Shown here: in pieces, positions 53,371 through 64,000 of the stretch
Numbering within the stretch: position 1 is the stretch's first letter
How the letters are laid out: every line of letters starts with the position of its first letter
The notes under the pieces: model-generated
Databases searched by the model: none
Seen by the model: the letters and a program-made list of their open reading frames with translations, nothing else
Told to the model about the DNA's origin: nothing
Translations under genes and position numbers: made by a program
DNA from: Octopus sinensis
Lineage: Eukaryota
DNA: 64,000 nt
Reading direction: 5' to 3'
Assembly (NCBI RefSeq): GCF_006345805.1
Contig: NC_042999.1
Span: 104,532,001 to 104,596,000, forward strand

Positions 53371-53874
53371 ATCAGGTAAAAATGTTCTATAAAATAATAT
53401 GTATATATTTCACGGTTTTTATACCCTTATAAATTCATATACGCTCCTATTACTGTCCTGACAAGATACTGGGCACCAAACACTTACTAACTACTCTTCC
53501 CGTAGCTTTTTGCCTTTTTAAGTGAACCACTTTGGTTTCTCGTAATTCTCTGAAAAGAGCAGACGTATTTTCACAGAATTCCAGATGGAGAACCTGTGTG
53601 TTTTTTATTTTATTTTGGTGAATCAATGTGATATTATTTTAACAACTACAAGCATCCAGAAGATATTGATATATTTTATATTATCAGGCGGGAGTGCCAC
53701 AATCGACATATTAACTAAAAAAACATGTAATATTCTCAATTCTTTGCCTGTCTACAAACAGTTATTAACTGAGATTGCAGCAATTATTAACGATATTGCA
53801 AATAAAAATTCATTTAGTGTTGTCTGTTTGCCGTCCCTCACAACTGAGGATATTGTTCATACACACACACATAT

Positions 53875-54060
53875 ATATTTGTGTCTCTGTCTCCCTACTG
53901 TCGCTCGACAACCGGTGTTGGTGTGTTTACCTCCCTGTAACCTAGCGGTTCGGCAAAGAGACCGATAGAATAAGTACTAGAATAAGCCTTGGGGTCGATT
54001 TGCTCGACTAAAGGCGGTGCTCCAGCATGGCAACACTCACAATGACTGAAACAAGTAAAA
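53875..54060 (+). mobile_element. Family B SINE, 3' half
   Basis: GCGGTTCGGCAAAGAGACCGATAGAATAAGTACT...GGCGGTGCTCCAGCATGG...CTGAAACAAGTAAAA. Confidence 0.85.
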
Positions 54061-54086
54061 TAATATGTATATATTTAATGCATGCA

Positions 54087-54171
<85 letters not shown>

Positions 54172-57100
54172 TTTGACTCTAAACAATCAGAAATTTAGAA
54201 TTTAGATATTTACTTTTATCACGATATCAGAAAGTAAATTTTTGCACTAAGTTGAAATGACTAGTTGCCAAGGCAACTATAATATATTACATTCAAGCAA
54301 TGAAATTCCGTCTGATATGTAACATCTATATTACAAATTAATCTTTCCCATCACGCTTATGTACATTTTATTTCTTTTATTCCTTCTCCAACAAGGTCTG
54401 ATAATCTAGATATATTTTCTCTGATACTCTTATAGATATATCACTATGATGAAAATTAACACTGTCCCATTTCCATAACTTTTTATTAAACAGTTCTCTG
54501 TAAATCCTTCGTGCGATGAGTTGTCCAGGCTTAATCGCTGTTTCTGGATTAGCTAAAAAAATGTTGTATTTTCATGCGTCTGACAATATAGCATGGCATT
54601 TCAATTTGACGCGAGCGTGAACTTACGTATTACATATAAAAATCACAGAAATGGGAGCTTCATTCTGTTTTTTGTTCCTGGTCTAGTTGATTTTTATTTG
54701 ATATTTTGTATCTGTCACAAACACTTGAAATCGATATTGTAGCATCCAGCTTCCGTACACATGGTGTTTGAAAGGTAAGTGTACGATAGGCTTCAGTGTC
54801 CAAATATCAAAACGTGTGCACTTTTATCATGTTTTGCATATTTGCAAGACTATGGTTGGAGAGTTAAAGGTAACTTTGTAACAATTGACTAATGTAATCA
54901 TTAAAAATTATATTTTGTATTACTGTTGCAAACATTTCTCTAAAAATATTTGAAAAATATTACTCTGTACTTAATATACTTGAAGAGATATATGACTGCA
55001 TGGGGTTAAAATGTAACTGGTTGATGTCAGAATATACATGGTAAACTAGCGTGCATTTCATTTATGGTATTCCCTTTGTAACGTCGCCGAAAAGTGCTCC
55101 TACAAATAGATGTCAATATATATTCATGCTACCTGTATACAAAAATATAGCTAAACTCAATTAACTGCCTCTCCCATAATTAGCTTTCAATATCCTGTCT
55201 ACACAATATTCGTTTCCATAATTTATACTAAGTGAACGAAACTTTCCCTCATCCTCCTACTCCCAGTTTCTCTCTCTTCCTCTTATATATGTTATTGTGT
55301 GTGTGTGCGTGCGTGCATGTGTGTGCATGTGTGCATGCGTGTGTGTGTATCTGTTTGTATGAGACGTTATGTATAAAAATCAATTTAACAATTAGCTACA
55401 AGTTTGCTCGCTTGTAAACCTTCATTAAAGTACATATTTACTAATTTTTACGAGAGTAAAGGTTGTCAAATTTTACTTTGAGTGGCAGCCATAAATGATG
55501 GCTGCCACTCAATTTCGAGCGATGTCATCACTCGATTGTTCTTTAATACATAGGCAACACAAATATAACTTTCTAGGTGGGCACAGGACCTACGTTTTTT
55601 TGCAGCAATGACGGGCGACTCTTGCATCAGGTGCTGAGAGAGCTTACCACCCAGGTTGATATATGATTTATTCCATCATGAAATTTTTCATTGAGTGTTT
55701 TGCCTTTTTCAGTTACGGTCATAGCATGCAATAAGTTATAGATATAGTAAAAATAAACCCATGTTTGTGTTTCAAGCATTTAAAAATGAATAAAGCCCTT
55801 GCACAGAACCAATACCAGTCTTTAAACAACTTAGAAATGTAGATTATTTCCCCAAACGGGAATAATCTACCTCAGTATATGCAGACGAAGTTGAGAGATT
55901 TTCGTCCAGAGAGATGCCTAAACAAGTACTCTCACTGCCGGATGCTGGATGGACGTTCATTCTACTGAGTGCATCGGTCTTTTGACAACTTTTATTTTTC
56001 GACATGGAGGATATCCAACGGAAAGCAGGAGGATATACAAGCAGGCTTGGTTGGGTTGTCGACAGTCCGACTATGCAACAAGTTGTACTTGGTTACATGT
56101 TACCTGTAGCACGAAGACACAAATTTACATAAATACATGCATACATACATAATATATACATGCATACACAGATGCAGACATACAGACAGAGAGACACACA
56201 TACGCATATACATCAAAAAGCAATCTTTACTAATAAACGTAGACGTATTAGAGCACCGAATACTGTGGTATTCGCCTGGAGAGGTCCTCCTATGTGGTCT
56301 TACGGTGCTAAGAACACAAACAAATAACATGGCAAACGAGAAGCGTTTGGTTTGGGCGGGCATAGGAACTGCCAGATTACGTGATTTCAACGTACTGAGT
56401 TTCTTTAGTGGCAGGCGTCCAGCCTCGTATAACAGCCAAATCTCACCACCAACGATACAGAGAATGTTAGTAACTTTTCAGTCGCTGGCGTCGCAAATAA
56501 ACAGCAGGCTTATATATTTACACATGTGTGAGTGTGTGCGTGTGTGTATGTATGTAAATCACTGTAATGCTGTTATATACTCGTTACACGAGGGTGCCAC
56601 TTTTTTATTGAATGATTTACATTCACAGGATGCAAATAGACTCAAGACTATAACAGAAATATTTGTCCATCGTTCTGGATGAGAGTGAATTCAGACATGC
56701 AATCTCATAATTATGAAACAAACCTCTTAACCGCACGACCATGGCTGCGCCAATTCTTTATTTGACATATACGCAAACAACCCGCATTTACCACGACACA
56801 GGTGCGCGTACATACGTATGAACGCGCGATTTTTGAAACCTCGTTATTCGATAGCCTACTGTTTTACAACACAAAGTTTAAAAAGACAAAGCTTTGCTAG
56901 CACCGAAGAATTTGAAAAAAAAAAAAAAAACGTATTTATAGTACGTGACCAATTTTTGAAATTCGAACATCGCATCTTGGATTAGATTAATTCTTGACTT
57001 CGCCAACGATCATTGATCTACAAAGTAATTTAAGAATTTCAGCTGTTTTATCTTGATTTATTTATAGTCTTGCCACTTAATTCTTCTTACATATACGCAC

Positions 57101-57326
57101 GAGATTAAAAGAAAACGAATTGTTGCGTTGCATTTTTAAGAATTAGGTCAACACATTGTTGTTTTCAGCGACCTAGATTGGAATCAAGATTAAATGAAAA
57201 TAACATTGTCAAAATAAAATATAGAAAGAGCACGCGAAAAGAATAAACAGTGATGAAATATTTACTATACTTAGCCACTATAAATACTTGTGCAACTAAT
57301 CTATCTTGGTATTCAAATTAAACATC

Positions 57327-57384
57327 TTCTTCTTCTTCTTCTTCTTCTTCTTCTTCTTCTTCTTCTTCTTCTTCTTCTTCTTCT
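57327..57384. repeat. (TTC)n microsatellite
   Basis: Direct reading. Confidence 0.95.
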
Positions 57385-59180
57385 TTTCTTCTTTTAAATT
57401 TTTCTTGGTATTGTTGCCAACGGTAACCATTCATACATATGATAAAACATTGTAGCATAAAACATAACAGGAATTTATAAACGCGAGAGAATCAGAAAAA
57501 TAGAAAGAACTGTTAAGCAATCCCACCCCAACCTACACAAATGGTTAACAAACCATCTGCTAGGCTGGGCCAGTGATTTCCAAGACACTGGTCTCCTGTC
57601 ACGCCTTGAAACTGGACACGTCCGTCAGTATTTTTAGTGCCACGCTGTGGGAGAAGCCTTTGAGATTTGAGGTTAATTGTTAATATATCTGTAGTTATCA
57701 GCTACTTTGCCTTTCTTTGCCTTTTTATTTTATCAGAGTAGAAAGCTATAAAGAGTGTCCCTTAAGGGCTACGAATGTAACAGCTCTGTATGCAACAGGT
57801 GTAAGAAGTGTGAAACGAAGGACATTGTCTTCTTGTTGGATTAACAGAATAAAAGAGAGAACAAGAAGGGTTATATACTTCTGCATTGTTATAGATTGGA
57901 GCGAGTGATAGGGAGTATTTTATATGCCCTGAAAAGAATAGTTGCCGTCTGATGTGTGAATAAATGCTGTTCCATCAACTGTGGCAATATACAAGGCACT
58001 GTCTGATGAAAAAGTGACATGCCAATTTAGTACATCATACACCTGCCTATAAGTTCATGCTATAATACATAGACCAGAACAATACAAGAATGATTGCTAG
58101 TAGCATTGACACACCCTTGGCTCGTTGTCACCTTTGTAACCCGATATAAGTTGCTTGTTAATGCATAGGTGGGAGAATTGGGATAGTATAGACCTACAGT
58201 AATTATACCTAGAGCTAAGCTCTGTCTTTGGTACAGAAACAAAAGCAATGAATCTAGTGGTGCATGGTACAAAGAACAGCTTTTAAAACTGTGCAGTAAG
58301 GGCCGATTGAGTGTTTTTTTTGCGCTTAGGAACTAGAAAGATGTAGAATGGGACAGACAGAGAGGGAGAGAGAGAGAGAGAGAAACGGAAAGAGAAAGAA
58401 AGCTAGAGAGAGAGAGAGGGAGGGAGAAAGAGATAGAGATGAAGAAAACAGAAAGAATGAGAGAGGGAGAGAAAGAGAGTGAGAGAGAAAGGGAGCGAGT
58501 GAGCGGTGGACAGTAGAACCAGGAATAAAAGCTTACCCAACGTGCATGGTAAGATATTGCGGTTTGCTTGCAACAGTAAGTGTTGTTCGGGCAAAAAGGC
58601 TTTCTCCTTCCCCATGTCTGTTCTTTTTGCCTCATCAAACCGGAGAAACAAGTTCATTAGTTTGTCATGTTTGCTGTAGCTGCGCGTCTGGTGTTAGTTT
58701 CTTTTCTACATTTTAAAATTCTGTGTAAATCCTTATAGAATACAAAATAAGAAAGAATAATCTTACTGTGTTGAAGTTACGCACCTATATACTTGTGTTC
58801 ATTCGCTATCCATCTTTTCAAGATTGATAAATAGAGATATGCCAAGAATACAAATAGATAGATACTATGAAATACTAATAAAAGACAAAAAAATTTTATG
58901 AATAAATTCGATTATACATCTCTCCTGATAAATGTGTATTTTTTTTTTTTTTTACCAAAAACTAGAAATATATTATTACTTTTGTAACGTAAATCAGTTT
59001 ATATTAAATATTTAATTTCGTTGAGGATAAGATGAATATATGAACTAGAACAGTTTAGGATAAAACATTTCCTTCCATACTTGCATACATGCAAATGCTC
59101 ATACACACACGAGCGCTGACACACACACATACGCTCACATATTTACATACAGACTAACATGTGCAGCATGCGTACCCACA

Positions 59181-59243
<63 letters not shown>

Positions 59244-59879
59244 ATTTGTGTGTAAATATATGAAAGTCTATGTATGTGACCTCAAGCAATCGTCCTTTTA
59301 TTATTTTGTAAACAACTCTTATATGTAATTTCGATTTTTCCGATTTTAATAGTACACTATTGTTGATTCGTGTTGCATGTAAATATCTGAACACATTCTT
59401 TGCAAACTTGTCGTTTCTTTTTAAACCTTTAACTAGCTGTTGCGTAGTTGATTCATAGAAACAGTAATTTTGTATATAATATTTTATAAATAATATTTTA
59501 TCTCTGAGTAACTAAGTGTTGAATGTTTAGCTATGTAATAGCTATAGCGTTTAGCTATGTAATAGCTATAGACTTGATATTTTTCATTCTTCTTCAAAAG
59601 TCTCATTAATTCGTTTAAATAAAGCAATATTTTAATAAAAGTTGTTTACTTATATATGATATTGACTCCATTGGGCATATCTCAGTCTATAGGATAGAGT
59701 GGTCGAGAAAAGGTGTTTAGATGGAGCCCGGCCTGTAAGTTGTGGTGAAGAAATACGCAAGCTGGACTGAGACGGATAAGAAATTGGTTGACTCACATAG
59801 AAGCAGCAACGTTGTTCGGAGAAATGGTATGGATGGTAGATATTATTTATCTGAAATTAAATGCTTATTAAGAGCGTAG

Positions 59880-60014
59880 AACCCTAGTATTTATTCTATT
59901 GGTCTATTTTGCCGAATCGCTAAGTTACAGGGACGTAAACAGACCAACACCGTTTATCAAAAAGTAGGGCAAACACAGACAAATAGATATATACTTCTCT
60001 CTCTCACTCTCTAA

Positions 60015-60083
<69 letters not shown>

Positions 60084-60955
60084 GAGCGACGAAACCGCTC
60101 TGCACGCAATCGTACAGTGTCCAGCAATTTCCGACCTGTGGGCTTATGTCGAACGACTGCTGTCACGTGTGGGACGTGTCGGTTTATCAGCCGAGTCTAT
60201 CGTTAATATCGTCACGCCTCCTTCCTTAAAACGGGAAGGAAGAGCTATTTTTATCATACTTGTGGCTATGGCGAAAGAATGTATCTGGTGGACGCGCCTG
60301 AAAGGATTAGAGACAAACACTTTCCTCTCTGGTCAATCTCTCATCAACTTCTTCAAGTATCACTTGAAGAGGAAAGTGAGAGTAGAGAGGCAAGTTTTGT
60401 CTAGTGAATGTTTTAAAAAAAGATGGGTGAATGTAGCAAGGATGGCACGTATGAATGACGAAGCCACCTTGACTATGATTCTATGAACCGTAAAAATTAA
60501 TACAGAGAGTTGCTTATTTGCAAAAAAAAAAAAAAGAAATAAAACATGTGACTTCATTGACCGAGGTTACCGTGGTCTTTTCCGTAGGCTTTTCTTTCCA
60601 CGGGTAAACCTCACCTGTCCTCCCCTTTACACTTCATATTGACATTTCTGTGATAACGATCCCTATTATTCATTTTTTTTTCTCCCCCACCTTTTTTTGT
60701 CCTTTTTCTTTCCTTTTACGATCCCTTTTGATCAAAAACTACCACTCTCTTTTTTTTTACCCCCAAAAGAAAAGCTCTACCTTGTAATTTGTTCTATCTG
60801 TGTGCAGCCCTGTGTGGCTAATAAAGAAACATATCTATCTATCTATCTATATACACAACAGGCTTATTTCAGTTTCCGTCTACTAAATCCACTCACAAGG
60901 CTTTGGTCAACCCGAAACCATAGTAAAAGACACTTGACCAAGGTGCTACGCAGCT
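59880..60955 (-). mobile_element. Family B SINE split by a Tx1-like insertion in its internal microsatellite
   Basis: 3' half 59880-59990 and 5' half 60858-60955 flank (TCTA)n + Tx1 copy + (TATC)n. Confidence 0.8.
60084..60832 (+). mobile_element. 5'-truncated Tx1/L1-clade copy
   Basis: ORF 60169-60486 closely matches 2380-2695 (SIVNIV.P.SL.RE.RAIFI..VAMAKEC); ends GCTAATAAAGAAACA then TATC repeats. Confidence 0.9.
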
Positions 60956-61063
60956 AAGCTTTTGCATAATAAAATAATTGTCATTAGACCAGTGAAATAT
61001 CTATTCACACACACTGATATACAAACACGTGTATGTGAATATATGTATGCATGCATGTAACCT

Positions 61064-61142
<79 letters not shown>

Positions 61143-61279
61143 CAGAGTTATTTTAGCTGTTTCTCCATAGATTGAAAATATGATGAGCGGCCTTAATCAA
61201 TTTTCGAACCTTAATTGGTTCTTATCAGAAGTGTCTGTGTCAATTTGGTCAATATCTTTTCTATTTTCTTTTCATTTTT

Positions 61280-61645
61280 TTATCTTTTACTTGCTTCAGT
61301 CACTTGACTGCGGCACCGCCTTGAAGGGTTTTAGTTGAACAAATCGACCTTGTGATATTATTTTTTGAAGCCTAATACTTATTCTGTCGGTCACTTTTGC
61401 TGAACTGCTAAGTTATAGGGGCGTAAACACACCACTACAACCACCAGTTGTCAAGCGGTGGGGGACAAACAGAGCTACACACACAAACACACACATACAA
61501 GGAGCTTCTTTCAGTTTCTGTTTACCAAATCCACTCACAAGGCTAACGTCGTCCTAAGTAGAAGACACTTGACGAAGGTGCCACACAGTGGGAGTGAACC
61601 CGGAACAATGTGGTTGAGAAGCAAGCTTCTCCCCACACAACCATG
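61280..61645 (-). mobile_element. Family B SINE, diverged
   Basis: Homologous to 29165-29560 with deletions. Confidence 0.85.
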
Positions 61646-62399
61646 CAGAAAACACGCAAACAACCTGTTCATATGCTGTTTATATACTCAACAATTCGAG
61701 TATCTATAGAAAATTGGAGCAAGTAATCTGAAAACTGTGAGTATTAACACTTACTTTAATACTAAGTGTGCATGTATATTTGCAGCTTGTTTCCTGTTGA
61801 ACAGTGGTGTTGAGAAAACGATCATAACTGTGCGTGTTGGAGAAATTTAGTATAGAATTTTGTAAAGAATCTCGACGACATTTTCTAGAATGTCTGATAT
61901 ACGTTTAAAAATAAACCTACCATATTTTCTTCTGTGCTTCAAGTTTATTTATTGAATTGGAAATATCTAGGTGTCTAGGATATATTTCGATTTGTCGTTG
62001 TAAGATTTCTGTTAGCTAAGGCGATTGACAACCTCCATTGACAAATTCTTTTCCGTAATACGCAAGAAATAATTTTAACCTTTTAATCTCGACTATAGTT
62101 AATGGAGGCCCGGAAGAAATGATCAGATATTATCGCAAGATAAACAGAACAATCGTTTTGCAAAAATCTAATCTTCGGTCTTGTTATAGTTCTGATAATA
62201 ATGCCTTTCTAAGACAACGACTTTTCAGTGGTAGAACAGTTGATTATATTCTTGTCTGAAAATTTGATTGGTACTAATATTGTATCAGCCTTGAGAGGAT
62301 AAATGATAAGTCAACAGCTCGGCATTATTTGAGCTTAGAACATAAATAAACCGGCGTTACTAATTACCGCCATGATACATAAATACATACATACATACA

Positions 62400-62433
<34 letters not shown>

Positions 62434-62449
62434 CATATCTATCTATATC

Positions 62450-62478
62450 TGCAGCCCTGTGTGGCTAATAAAGAAACA
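62450..62478 (+). mobile_element. 29-nt 3' stub of the Tx1-like element
   Basis: TGCAGCCCTGTGTGGCTAATAAAGAAACA between TATCTATCTATATC and (TATC)n. Confidence 0.75.
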
Positions 62479-62583
<105 letters not shown>

Positions 62584-62589
62584 GTCTAT

Positions 62590-62723
62590 TGATCGAAAAC
62601 CTACGCCACTCCTTTTGTTTTGTTTTTTTCTTTTGTTTTTTGTTTTTTTCATCCCCCAAAAGAAAAGCTCTACCTTGTAACTTGTCCCATCTGTGTGCAG
62701 CCCTGTGTGGCCAATAAAGAAAC
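62590..62723 (+). mobile_element. About 135-nt 3' fragment of the Tx1-like element
   Basis: Matches 60728-60832; flanked on both sides by long (TATC)n. Confidence 0.9.
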
Positions 62724-62836
<113 letters not shown>

Positions 62837-62923
62837 AATAATAATGAAGGGTAAAATTAATTAATAATTTTACCAAGCAGTGTTCAGTATGTTAAAAGGA
62901 CCATTTACGGTAAACTTAAACAT

Positions 62924-63213
<290 letters not shown>

Positions 63214-63248
63214 GAGTATATATATGTATATATATATATATTATATTT

Positions 63249-63344
<96 letters not shown>

Positions 63345-63858
63345 TATATATATATAAATGCATGTGTATTTTTTCAATGTGTACAAATAACACGGAAAAA
63401 ATGAATAGTTACCAGGGTAGCAAAAAATTCACATAAGTACCAAGGATGTTACGGCCTACTTATAAAGGTAGAAATTCCAGAGTTTAGTGAAATATTTTTG
63501 TATAAAAGATAAATAAAGAAATTGAGTTAAACGCGGATAAATAACAGATAAATAAAGAAATGGAGGTAAACACAGGTGTTATTCAAGTAAATACAAGAGA
63601 ATTATAGGATTACTGGTAAAAGTGCAATCAGGAAACAAATTGTTGGCTTTTTTTGGTTTTTTAATGATTTTTTTAATGTTATCTTACATTATGTTATGTT
63701 ATATTCATAGTATATTATGTCATATTATAATATAAATACATTATTGGATTGTCATTTAATATATTGTTTGTAATTTGCATTATATCCATATTATTTATGT
63801 AGTATTCAACTGACGTACCTGTGAATTTGATGTTTTACACATCCCTTTGAAGTTTGTT

Positions 63859-63942
<84 letters not shown>

Positions 63943-64000
63943 GATTTTGAAGAAGCTGTTACTAAACATTATAGTAAATAGTAAAAGTAGTGCCTAATGC

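Noticed and set aside
53585-53968. 127-aa ORF
   Set aside because: AT-rich, ends inside a SINE fragment, and has no motif or donor site.
55914-56132. MPKQVLSLPDAGWTFILLSASVF... as a monocarboxylate transporter (PDGGWGW) exon, restorable by one T at 55980-55983
   Set aside because: Needs a frameshift, the spacing to the next conserved Trp is about 8 residues short, and there is no good donor; probably chance.
56137-56682. 181-aa ORF
   Set aside because: Both ends lie in simple repeats, no motif recognised and no convincing splice sites; the middle may still be UTR or regulatory sequence.
58535-58700. Minus-strand first exon ending at TGG|GTAAGC
   Set aside because: A donor alone is weak evidence; the two open frames resemble nothing I recognise and I found no compatible downstream coding exon.

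Overview
Eukaryotic, visibly AT-rich, microsatellite-saturated genomic DNA. The repeat content (CORE-type and Meta-type tRNA-derived SINEs, dense (TA)n/(TATC)n/(CA)n/(TAC)n tracts) is what I associate with an octopus/cephalopod genome; this is an inference. I could not recognise any intact host protein-coding gene. Most ORFs in the supplied track are microsatellite translations or retroelement debris. The window holds decayed Tx1/L1-clade, CR1/L2-group, RTE and Penelope-like (PLE) retroelements, a Buster-type hAT and a mariner remnant, plus a few low-confidence candidate exons and promoters. The most interesting signals are non-coding. (1) About a dozen minimal type-I hammerhead ribozyme motifs from several unrelated families, mostly with palindromic stem III and often inside fold-back inverted repeats. 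(2) A Tx1-like element found four times, each copy ending in a (TATC)n run and preceded by TATC-type sequence. (3) A Meta-domain SINE that shares its 3' tail with that Tx1 element and forms fixed-junction 184-nt concatemers. (4) A second SINE that shares its tail with the CR1-group LINE. All alignments and folds were done by eye; element boundaries are approximate unless a TSD is quoted.
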